DNA of 64,000 nt from Callorhinchus milii (Eukaryota), in NCBI RefSeq assembly GCF_018977255.1, contig NW_024704743.1:49664001-49728000 (forward strand). Direction: 5' to 3'. The notes beneath the pieces were generated by a model, which was given only the letters and a program-made list of their open reading frames with translations, was not told the DNA's origin and searched no databases. Positions 1 through 12,700 of this stretch are shown piece after piece (within the stretch, counting starts at the first letter, position 1; each line of letters begins with the position of its first letter). The position numbers and the translations under genes are program-made.

Positions 1-515
1 CCTATTCAGTTAGGCTTGGGAATTCTTTTCTTCCTAACATGTAAGAGCCCCTCTCTCACTGGAACTCCAGCCCACTCTCCCATCCCTTTCTCTCCCTCCC
101 CCACCCCCCCCTCCATGACTATCAAAGCCTGCCTCAAGGAATAGCTCTTAGATCATGCTTTCAGTCATCTTTCCCTTCCCTATTCCCTTTGGCTTCTACA
201 CCCCAGCTCGGGTGCCCAGCCAGCGTGAAGTATCTGCAACAACCTCCTGACATGAAAGGCACTACATAAATGTAAATCAGATTGTATTGCATATGTGAAA
301 ATTAGTAACTCATTAGCTGTGGTTATAAATCCCCTTCATGTAACCAGAGCAGAAATCAATGTACTGTGTGTACTGAGAGATGGAAATTATAATTTAAAAA
401 GGTTAATTTAGACAATAAATGGAACTCTGCAATCTTATTTAAGATGAAATTGAAACTAATTTCCATGAGAAGGCTTTTAATAAAGCCATGTTTCCTCTTG
501 TCGTTTGTTGTTTAG

Positions 516-761
516 GCTCGCAAATATGTTATAGATGCAATGGGAGAAAAGTACGCAGAAGGAGTCATCCTGGATGTTGAAAAGACCTGGGAGGAATCTG
601 ATCGACGCACTCCTCTAATTTGCTTTTTGTCAATGGGTTCTGATCCCACGGATTCCATTATAGCTTTGGGCAAAAGAGTCAAGATAGAAGCGCGTTGCGT
701 CTCTATGGGGCAAGGACAAGAGGTTCACGCTCGCAAGCTTCTCCAGCAAACTATGACTAAA
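516..761 (+). CDS. DNAH5: DNAH5 exon ([12 protein letters not shown]...LLQQTMTK)
   Basis: tttag|GCT acceptor, AAA|gtaagg donor, 246 nt, phase 0/0. Confidence 0.93.
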
Positions 762-3700
762 GTAAGGAAATGGCTATGAATTAGCTGTCAGTTCATCATA
801 AGGAATAACAGTCCTCCTCTAAAACAAATTAAAACCAAAACAGCATTGCTTGTATGCTTGCCTCTTATTGTATGGCAGCAGTAGATGCTCCTTTCTGAGT
901 GAGAAGGTTGTGCGTTCAAATTCCATGTCCGAATTTAAACTCGCATCATCTAAAAAGACACTCTAATGCAGTCTCGGACCGGTGATGCAGAGACAAATGT
1001 GTCATCCTTCAGATGAGACGTTAAAGACCAAGATCCCATCTACCTGTTTATGTAAAGATCTTATGGCACTCTTCAAAAAGAGAAGAGAGATTTTCCTGCT
1101 ATCCTGACCGACATTGCCCCAAATAAAATTGATTATTCACTTCAAGGATATTTTGGGGATATTGCTGTGAGGAAATTGATTTCCAGATTCACATACACAG
1201 TCATTCCACATTCACAATAAATCCTGTGAGGCACGTTGGGATATCCTCCCAAAGTGAAAGGTGCTAAACCAAATGCAAGGATTATTTATTTTATTTATTA
1301 TTTGATCCTGGGGCACTCAATGTTTTATATCTGTAAAACCACAAGCAATCCCAGAAAGGTCAGTTGAATAGCAGCAAAATTGGTGGAGAAAGTATAGAAT
1401 CTCTTTAAAGGTTCTGAGAAAATACTGAAGGTGCCAGGAAGCTGTAATTTGTGTGTCTGAAGTGCGAATTACTCACAGGCTGCCCGACATCCATCACCGA
1501 CAAGTTATTTATTTTATTTATGGCATCATTGTACTGTGTCAGTTTGGTTCAGTTGGTAACACTCGTTTCTGATTCACAGTGTTGTGAGTTCAACCCCTAC
1601 ATTGTAACTCCAGCTCCTAGTCCAGGTTGATACTTGCGGTGCCCGTGGATGTGCTGCAATGTTGGAGATGCTGTCCTTTGGTTGTAACATTAACCGGCAT
1701 CGTGCTTGGCTTTGTCGATGTTAAAGATCCCACGGCACTATTTGTCAAGAGAAAGGAGTTTCTCTTGGTCTCCTTGCCAACAATACCCCACTTCATAGTT
1801 GTTTGTGGACATTGGTATGGGCAAATTGGCTGCTGTGTTCCCTCCCTACTAAATATACAGTCGCTATACTTTAAAATGAGATGCTTTGAATCATCTTCCT
1901 GATGTGAAAGGTGCAATTTCAAATACGAGTATACAGTCAAGGTACTATATCAAATATGAATAATAAATAACTTGAGGTCCTGTCTGCCTGTTCTCTAGGT
2001 GGGCATTAAGATCTCATGACACTGTTCAGAAAAAGGATATTCTGTATATCAAAAAAAGCTTATACTGTGTTGAACTTTTTTGTGTGCAGAATGACTGCTA
2101 TTGGTTCTTGCAAAAACAACAACACCAACAAGATTCCATTTATTGAGCGCCTTTCACGTCAGGAGGACGTCCCAAGGCGCTGTACAGTTGGGTCAGGACC
2201 CGAGCAGGGGGGAAATGGTCAGGGTGAGGGGAGGGAAGGGAGGGGGCGAGGAGGGGGTAGAGAGTCGAGAGGGGAGCTGAAGGCACGGTCAAAGAGAAAG
2301 GTCTTGAGACCGGCCTTGAAGGAGGAAAGGGAGGAGGCGGCGAAGGCACTGGGGGATAGAGTTCCAGAGCCTCGGGGCTGAGAGGCTGAAGGCCCGGCCA
2401 CCGATAGTAGGGCGGTTGGGGCGGGGGATGTGGAGCAGACCGGAGCCAGAGGAACGGAGGGTACGGGCGGGTAGGTAGGGGGATAGTAGGTTGGAGAGGT
2501 AGGAGGGAGCGAGGCCGTGAATGGCCTTGTGGGTGAGGATCTTGAATTCGATCCTCTGGGGGATGGGGAGCCAGTGGAGGCGAGCGAGGGTGGGAGTGAT
2601 GTGGTCGCGAAGCCTGGTGCGGGACAGTACACGAGCTGCAGAGTTCTGAATGACCTGCAGCTTATGGAGGGAGATGCCGGGAAGGCCGAGGAGAGTTCCC
2701 ATTACTTGATAGTAATTACATTTCATGTATTTCAAATTGTACTAACAATTCTTTATTTCAGGGCGGATGGACACTGCTTCAGAATTGTCATTTGGGTCTC
2801 GATTTCTTGGAAGAACTGATGGACATCATTACAGAAACGGAGAATATCCACGAGACGTTCCGTCTGTGGATGACGACGGAGGTGCATAAGCTGTTCCCCA
2901 TTACACTTCTCCAGATGTCAATCAAGTTTACCAATGAACCTCCTCAGGGCCTAAAGGCAGGTCTGAAAAGAAACTTCTGTGGTAAGTCAGCAATAATAAT
3001 AATGATTATTGATGATAGTCATAACAACAACAACTTATATAGCACCCTCCACGCAGGGTAGCGTCTCAGAGTGCTTAACGGTGGTAGAGCCTGACTCCGA
3101 GCTGGGGGGTTGGAGGTGATCCATTGAAAAGGAAGGTTTTCAGGGAGGACATGTAAAGGGGAGAGAAGGGGCAAGGCAGAGGGATTGAGGGAGAGTGTTC
3201 CGGAGCTTCGGAGCGTAGTGGCTGAAAGCGCGACCTCCAATGGTAGACCTCCAATGGAGGGTGAGAGGGACGAGCAGATGCTGGTGCTAGTCAAGCGGAG
3301 GTGCCAGGTGGTGGATTGGGGAGAGAGGAGGTCGGAGAGGTAGGGAGGTGCCAGGGAGTGAATGGATTTGAACACAAGTGTGAGGACCTTGGAAGTCAAT
3401 CTGTTCGGTGATGTGGAGCCTGGCCAGAACTGGTGAGATGTGGGTACGGAGTTTGGTCCGGGTCAGTATGTGGGCTGCAGAGTTCTGAATGAGCTGGATT
3501 TTTTGAATAGTGGAGCTGGGGAGACCAGCGAGGACTGTGTTTGAGTAATCCAGGCCGGAGGTGATAAATGCATGCACAAGGATTTCTGCTGCATTTGGGA
3601 TAAGGTACGGTTAGACAATGGCAATGTGGCAGAGGTGGAGGAAGGTGGTCCTGGTCAGGGACTGGATGTGGGGGAGGAAGGACAGCTGGGAGTTGAACTG

Positions 3701-6700
3701 GACACCTAGGTTGCGCACTGGTTCGTTGAGTCTGAGGGAGAGCCCAGGGAAGTTGAGGAGTTCAGATCCACAGGAATGAAGATGTTGATGGGAGCCAAAG
3801 AGTATGGCTTCTGTCTTGTCCATATTCAGCTGCAGGAAGATTGCACTCATCCAGGATCTGATTGATGTCTGCCAGACAAGCTGATAGAACATTGGCGAAC
3901 CTGGAGTTGGTACTGGAGGAGGTAAAGTAGATTTGTGTGGCATCCGTGTACGTGTGGAAGTTTACCCTGTGCCTGCGGATGACATTGCTCAGAGGGATCA
4001 TGTAGATGAGGAAAAGAAGAGGACCAAGAATGGAGCCCTGGGTTAGCCTGCAGGTGACTGGGCAGGGGCGGGAGGAGAAACCATTCGCCGAGATGAATTA
4101 GGATGATTAATTAGGATTAATTAGGACTCGAACCATGTGAGTGTGGTCCCACTAAGGTAGATGAGGGAGGAGAGACGGTGGAGGAGGATGGCGTTGTCGA
4201 CTGTGTCGAATGCGGCAGAGAGATCCAGGAGGACGAGGAGGCAGAGGGAGCCCTGGTCACAGATAGAGAGGATGTCGTTTATGACTTTGACAAGTGCTCT
4301 CTGTGCTGTGGGCAGGGCAAAAACCAGACTGCAGGGGCTCGAGGAGGGAGAGATGTGACCTAAGTTGACCTGCAACAATGCATTCCAGGACTTCAGCAAG
4401 GAAGGGTAGGTTAGAGATGGGATGGTAGTGTGAGAGATCAGAGGGATTGAGGATGTTTTTTTTGAGGAGGGTTGGGATGACAGCAGTTTTCAGGGAGAGT
4501 GGAACAGAGCCTCAGGAGAGAGACTGGTTGACCATGTCGGCCAGCAGTGGGGAGAGGAGGGGGAGTTGAGTGACCAGCAGCTGGGTAGGGAGGGGGTCGA
4601 GGCAGCAGGTGATGAATTTCATGTGAGTGATTTTGATTGAGAGAGAGGAGGGAGAAATGGGGGCAAAGGAGTGTAAAGGAAGGGGGTGTAGCAGGAGCCA
4701 AGGCGGAGGGAGAAGGCGGTGTGGATGGTCTGGGTGGGGTGGAAGGGGTCATGGGGGTAGGACGATGCAGCCAAGCAGATGTTTTCAATCTTTGAGGTGA
4801 AGAAATTTAGGAATTCTTCACACTTAGCATTTGATGTGAGCATAGAGGGGGCTTGAGAGGGTGCACGGAGGAGGTGATGGATGGTGAAAAACAGCGTCTT
4901 TGGGTTGTTTTTGGCCTCCAAGATGACTTCAGAGTAAAAGTCAGTTTTGGCCTGTGAAAGGGAGAGGCAGTAGGTGTGGAGGTGTTCAAGCCACAGCTGG
5001 AGGTGAATTGCGAGGCCGGATTTCTGTCATCTGCGTTCGAGTGTCCAGGATTGGGTTTTTAGTGAGTGGAGATGACTGTTATACCAGGGGGAACGGGTAG
5101 GTTTGGAAACAGCCCTGGATTTCAGGGGAGCCAGGGATTTGAAGGTTGTGGAGACAGTCATTCAGCAGCTTGACGGCTGCATCAGGATCGCTGCGGGTGG
5201 CGGGCCAGAGGGAGTTGAGGTCCGAGGAAGAGAAGGCATTTGTGAGGGACTCAAAGAGAAGCTTTTTCCGGGGACAGAAAAAAGAAGGTTGGCCTTGCTC
5301 CCCCTTACCTCTGCAACCTCTTATTGGTGGTCGGGCCTTCAGCCACTCTGTAAAGCTGTACAATGGGGTCTATCAGACACCAAGTGCTCTAATATAACCA
5401 TCTTTTTGTTGTGCCTTTACAATGGGAAATTGTACCACAAAAGGAGCTCCAATGGACCCCAATATCCCCAATATGTGAATCCCTCTGATAGAATGTGCAC
5501 TATCACTCTATTGTCTCTGTCAGAATCTGTGGTCTTTGGTTCATTGACATTTTCTCCCTTTGTGTCAACAGGAATCAGTCAGGACCTGTTGGATGTTAGT
5601 AATATGACTCAGTGGAAGCCGATGCTTTATGCAGTTGCCTTTTTACATTCTACTGTACAAGAACGGCGCAAGTTTGGTCCTCTTGGTTGGAATATTCCAT
5701 ATGAGTTTAACCAGGCTGATTTTAATGCTACAGTGCAATTTGTACAGAACCACTTGGATGATATGAACATCAAGAAGGTACAGCCGGGATGTTTTCTTTT
5801 ACACTTTTATATTGTTGATATAACTGCTCAGATCTGGCTAATGGAATCTTTAGTGATTGAGCAAAATTGCTCAAGACCTTTTATGCAGCAGGTTATTACA
5901 GCTTTGCCCTTTAAAATATGCGTAGACCATTGTACAACACCCTCTAATGATCAGGAATATTTACATTGGTACCCCTCACAGGGGTTCTTACTGTTGAATT
6001 AACTCATCATTTTGTGTCAAGGGCTGGGGAGAGTTGGGAATCAACTATTGACCCATAATAGAGCTCAGAGAAGAGACAGACTTTTGTCTCACTCAGTTTA
6101 AATCCTTATGTCCTCATCCGTCCATCCTTCGGATGAGACATTAAATCTTGTCAGCTTGTTCAGGTAGACGTTAAAAAAACTCATGGAACTATTTGAAAAG
6201 ACGAGGGGAGTTTCTCCTAGTGTTCTGGCAAACAGTCCGCCAGATAAAATTGGTCATTCGTTTCATGGCTGTTTATGGGATATTGTTATCCACAAATTTT
6301 GCCAATGTGGAAGAGCTTAGAGGCACCCTCCTAATGTGAAAAGTGCTATATCACCAAAGATCATTTTATTATTATGAGTGTTCCAGACAATCTTACTTCA
6401 TGGGTTACTGACCTTTAATATGTTTTCACCACATTAAATTTTATTAAACCAATATAAAACCTATCTTTTTAGCACCTTGGGATGTCCTCCCCACATGAAA
6501 GGAGCTATATAAATTTATTGTTATAAAATTGTTATAAAAATGCTATGCATGTTTTCTTTGAGAGGGTTGTTTCAAAACTGAAGAGTAAATTGAAACATAA
6601 TAAGTAATGCTTATATAATAAAATATTTTAAATATAATAATAATAATTATATATTATATAAAATATATCTATATAGGAAGTGCAGTCTGGCATGGCAACT

Positions 6701-9700
6701 GTCTAGTTTTTATGGCAAGATTTGGTATTTATAAATCATTTTTGAATCGTAGGGTGAAAAGTGCATTGTGAGTTGATAATCAAAACAAGTCGATTAATAA
6801 TCAACTAGCTGTTGTTTGGACTCTATTCTCCTCTGGGCGCCCCCAGAGTTCACTGTCTCAGCCTCACTGGATAGCAGTTTAAATGAAAGAGTCAAACTGG
6901 TATCCTGTGAAGCCGCACATACAAAATTAACCTTGTGGTCATGACAACCCAATGACGGTTACCAAAGCTGCTGAAGTTGGTGGCGAGGGGAATAGATGTC
7001 ACACAATTGAACTAGTTTCATTGCAATATTTGGCAATATTGCGCTGTGATCTGTGAAATAATCACATTGCATTTTGCATTGCTCCCTTCCCCCTGTTGCA
7101 AATATTGCATTTTTAACCCCAAGTGCCAGTTATTACAATGGATCAATGTAGCTCAGTGTTTAATAATCTCCATTATCATTGCAAGCAAAAATATGAAGTC
7201 ACATACTAAGTAAGCATTACTGTTCTCATTTATCTTCTGTTACAAGGGTGTTTCTTGGACCACTGTGCGTTACATGATTGGCGAGATTCAGTATGGTGGC
7301 AGAGTCACAGATGACTATGACAAACGACTGCTGAACACTTTTGCTAAGGTCTGGTTCAGTGAAAATATGTTTGCTCCAGACTTTTGCTTCTACAAGGATT
7401 ACAACATTCCCAAGTGTATATCAGTGGATCAATACCTGCAGTATATTCAGGTTTGTGTAAAAAAATAACACTTCAAAACCTTGTGTGACCACAATCAGCA
7501 TGTGGGTGTGAGTAAATGGCTTGCAATAAAGTCGGGAAACATTTTTTTCTGAATCATCTCCTTGCATATACAATGTAATACCAATTCATTTTATGAAAAT
7601 AATGTTTGTTGAGTTTTTAAAACATATTTAAGCGTGAGGACCCGGGATTGATTCCTGGGCAGGGCGAAACCTTAGGCAAGCTTACTTACTCCACACACGT
7701 CTCTTTACCTAGCAGTAAGTAGGAAACCGGTTGTTAGTCGATTGGCGGATTGCTTTCCGGGGATAATAATCACTTTAAAAAAATAAATTAAAAAAATTGG
7801 GCACTCAATCCATAACTGTTTGTGGGACACGGCTGTGCACAATTGGCTTCTGCATTTTGCCCACAAAATATACAAACAATCACTTTACAATATAGTCTGT
7901 GAAGCGGTATGAGACGTCTCAATGACACAATAAGGTGCTAACTTAAATGCAAGGATTATTATTATTCAAATCTATTTATAATAATAATAAAAATTCTTGC
8001 ATTTGATATAACGCTTTTCACATCTTCTTGACGTCTTAAAGCGCTTCACAGAATATGCTGTAAAGTGAATTGACCATATATTTGTGGGCGAAACGCGGCA
8101 GCCAATTGCACACAGCAGTGACCCACAAACAGTTGTGGATTGAAAATGACCAATTTATTATTGTTTTGTTTTGGAGGGATTATTATTAGGCGTGTGGAGT
8201 AAGGAAACTTGCCCAAGGTTTCGCCCTGCCTGGACTTGAAACCAGACAGAATTTAATAAAGACAGAAAAGCAGCTGTACAATGGTAAAGAAAAAAGACAT
8301 TCATAATTGTGTGTATGAATACAATACTGAGAATCTTCTATATAAAGATATGTATTTTCAGTTCAACAATAGAGTTACCACATGTAGAATTGAAGATTAC
8401 AATCTTTCTTAAACAGATTTTGAAGTAATAATTAAAACATGTCACAATTTTCTCCCTATATATCTAAAACGGGCACCTTAGTTTTCCACTGCTTTCTCTT
8501 ATACTGTGTCTCCAATAGCTTAGGTTCATACACTAATAATGTGTTAGATTTGTTCTTTATTTTTTCAAGATAAACCATGTAAAATTGTATATATTGCAGA
8601 GTCTTCCTACTTATGACACTCCAGAAGTGTTTGGCTTGCACACCAATGCTGATATCACCTACCAGAGTAAGCTTGCCAAGGATGTTCTGGACACTATATT
8701 AAGCATTCAGCCCAAGGACAGTTCTAGTGGGGGAGGAGAAACCAGAGAAGCAATGGTAGCAAGATTGGCTGATGACATGTTGGAGAAACTGCCTGCAGAC
8801 TACATACCATTTGAGGTAGGAAATAACCACTCCAGGAAACAGATGCATCAAATTGGATGTATGAATTCCCTTCAGATTGATGTATTCCCTAATTGAATAA
8901 TTTTATATGCACTATTAAATATTAACCTCAAACTGAAAATAAGCTGGGTTGACTGTTAGAACAGGGTTTTCATGGTGAATCTCCCATTGCTGAAAGGAGT
9001 GGAGATCTTCCATGAGGGCATTCTTGGCTGCACATTTCCCACCTAATGATGGAGTTCTGAGTTGTGCAATTGATCTGTGTACTAAAATTAAGTTTTGTTG
9101 GGTTTTATCCACAACACAAACACGGCCTATTAACTCTTCACTAGTGGTTTGCTGAGACCCTTATCCACACAGTCATCACCTCCAGGCTCGAATATTCCAA
9201 CGCTCTCCTCGCTGGATTTTGCAGCTGTTCACTACACAAACTGCAAACCATCCAGAATTCTGCAGCCTGTGCCCTCTCCCGCACCAAGCACTGTGAGCCC
9301 ATCAACAATCAATTTATATTACTGATGATTGCCCCCCTTATAACCTTTGGTTGATTAGATGCTACCAATATCAAAGGCTCACGGTCTGGACTGATACAGT
9401 CCAGTATTGGGCAGCACTGTATTGCTAGATGTGCCATCCTTTAGATGAGACAATAATCTCTTACGTTGGAGTTATTGTCCATTGCGATTGTATATGTGGA
9501 CCAAAGATCTTGATGAGTTGGCATATTTGATTCTTTGTCAGGTCAAAGAGAAACTGCAGAAGATGGGAGCGCTGCAACCAATGAATATCTTCCTTCGTCA
9601 GGAGATTGACCGAATGCAAAGGGTTATTAGTCTGGTGCGGAGCACGCTGATGGACCTAAAGCTTGCAATTGATGGAACCATCATTATGAGCGACAACCTC

Positions 9701-12700
9701 AGAGATGCCTTAGACTGCATGTATGATGCACGAATTCCAGCTCGGTGGAAAAAGGTAATTGTGTTGGGAACATTGAGTGGCTGGAGGTCAAGCGTAACGC
9801 TTCTTGCGAGATGCCAAGACTTTTTTTGCTAGGGTTTTTGTGTATGTCGGGGGGGAGGGGTGCTGTCATGAATACCATCCTCAGCCCATAATATGGCCAT
9901 GCAGTATATGCTAACTGATATCCAATTTTGTTTTCTGAGTACAGCATAGAGCCCTTCAAACAGCCCTTCATGTCTGTTTGGTGTTCTTCTCCATATGAGC
10001 CAGTGTGGTCCCATTCTCTGCTTGGACCTCGTACTCTTTAATGTTTCTCCTCTTCAAACTTCTAATGTCCTTTTGAAATAATTTTTTGAACTCTGCTTCA
10101 AATACACTTTGTGGGAAAGAAATCCACATTCTAACCACCCTCTGTAAAGATTTTTCTTCGAACCTAATTGTTTTGATTGTCTTAAATTGGTGTCCTCTTG
10201 TTTCTGACTTGTTGACCGGTGTAAATAATTTACCTTATCAAAAACCTTTATAATCTTGAAGACCTATTAAATCATCCCTAACAATAGCCCTACTTCTCAA
10301 ATCTCTCAAATAAAACCCATCGTCCTTGGTAACATCCCAGTGAGTCTATGCTTTTATTGCGGATGAGATGTTAAACCAAGCTCCTGTCTGTCAGCTCAGA
10401 TAGATGATATACATCCCATGGACTATTGAAAAAGAGAAGATATAATTGTTATTCACTTCATGGGTGTTTGTGGGACCTTGCTATGGGCAAATTGGCTACT
10501 GCATTTGCCTACAAAAATGCAATCACTACATTTTACAAAGAGCTCTGTTTCGTGCTTTGAGATGTTCCAACATGAACAGGTGCTATAACAAATTTATTTT
10601 TCCCTGTTCAGCAACTTACATTTACACTTTTCTCTCTGCTCTGCAACTATTTCCCTGTCCATTTTACCACACAACCTTTCATGTCATAATCTTTGTCATA
10701 AACGTCTTATGTGGGTGTTATCAAATGCTTGTTTGAAAATTCATTCAGGTCACAATCCACTGTATTTCATCTATCCTCTGTTGTTTCATCAATTTTACAA
10801 GGTTGGTCATGTAGAACATGCCTTTCAGAAATCTGTGTTGACTGGCCTTAGTTAGTGTCTCTGCAGGTGCTTTAGTAATTTCCTCGTATATAGTCTCATG
10901 TAGTTTTCCAATAATTGAAGTAATACTAGGTGATCTATAATTTCCTCATTGATCGCTGAATCCTTTTTTGAAGAGGATGTCATAACATAGCTTCAGAATA
11001 TGACTCAGAGTTGTCTTTGTTTTTTGATGAGAGGTTTTGTTAGAGTAGACAGGGAGAAATTATTTCCTCTGGTGGGTGGATTGGTAACCAGAGGATACCC
11101 AATTTAAGAAAATTGGCAAAAGAACCAGAGGGGAGATGAGAATTTTTGTTTTTACCCGCAGAGTTGGAATGCATTGTCTGAAAGGGTGATGGAAGTAGAT
11201 TTGCTAATAGCTTTCAAAAGGGAATTAGATAGGTACTTAAAAAGGAAGAATCTGCAGGGCTATGAGGTAACAGCAGGGGAGTGGGACTAGTTGGTAGCTC
11301 TTTCAAAGAGCTGGCATAGGCATGATATACCGAATGGCCTCCTTCTCTGCTGTAAGATTCTAGTCCTGTAGCTCAGTGGTTAGAGCACTTGCCTTGCAAG
11401 CGAGACACCTGGGTCCAATTCCAGGCAGGACAAAACCTTGGGCAAATTTCCTTACTCCACACGCCTAATATTAATCCCTCCAAAACAATAATAAATTGGT
11501 CATTTTCAATTCACGACTGTTTATGGGACACTGCTGTGCGCAATTGGCTGCCGCGTTTCGCCCACAGATATACAGTAAATTCACTTTACAGTCTATTCTG
11601 TGAAGCGCTTTGAGATGTCTAGAAGATGTGAAAAGCGCTATATCAAGTGCAAGGATTATTATTATATTATTATTGTTTTAATTGAGTACTGGTGGTAGGA
11701 AGCTGTTACTGGGGTTTGTAAGTATGTTCATACTATAGATAAAGTGCTGAATCTCAAAATTAATCCCTCAATATTGAACCTCATTGACCATTGTTATCCA
11801 ACTTTTTTGATGTATTCATCAATGACATGTTGGATGGCATTGAGGGAGATGGACTTGGTGCATTGGTTCCAGGCTTTTCTAACAGGAACGGGGTGCTTCT
11901 GTTTGTGGATGATATTATACTGCTGGTGGACATGTATGGGAACTTTTTGCCCTGCATCCGCCATCTTGGGTAGCCCCAAGTATGGAATTATGGTTCTGCA
12001 TGGCCCAAGAGAAGATATTGAGAAAACACACATGCATGAACATGTTTTGATGTCCTTCCAACGTGAAAGGCGCTATACAAATGTAATCTTGTTGTTGTTT
12101 GGTTTGGATACACAAGCATGGTGATCGGTTTCAACGTTTGTCAGGCAAAACAAAAGTTGACCTTCGATAAGAATCAGTTGTTGTTCTCTGTCCCGGGAGA
12201 GAGTGCACATTCCATTCCACCAATCTATCTCTGGAATTTCCATGTGCAGTTGGGATGCATAGAATTTTCAGTTTGGTCTGATACTCTTATGCATGGTAAT
12301 GGGTTTCCTCATGTGTCAGACACCTGGCTAACCAAATAACTGATTTGTTTATTTCAGAGGAGAGTGAGCAATATTTTAGTAATGATTAAACAAATGATTA
12401 CACATTGTTTATTGTTTTTCAGACATCCTGGGCATCTAGCACACTTGGCTTTTGGTTCACTGAGCTGCTGGAGAGAAATCGCCAATTCAGCGCCTGGATT
12501 TTTGATGGCCAGCCAAACTTCTTCTGGATGACTGGCTTTTTTAACCCTCAGGGATTTTTAACAGCAATGAGACAGGTAATGTCTGCAAAGAGACTACAGT
12601 AAACCTTCCCACATTCAGGTAAGAACAGGACTGTGTCCTGATAAGCTAGCGGTGCTGTAGGCTGAAACATGTTCTTTGGATGCTGCCAATATCAGCATGT

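Noticed and set aside
5103..6002. 299-aa ORF, the longest in the track
   Set aside because: Chance read-through of antisense L2 sequence and intron in frame with the real 206-nt DNAH5 exon (5572-5777); splice sites delimit the coding part.
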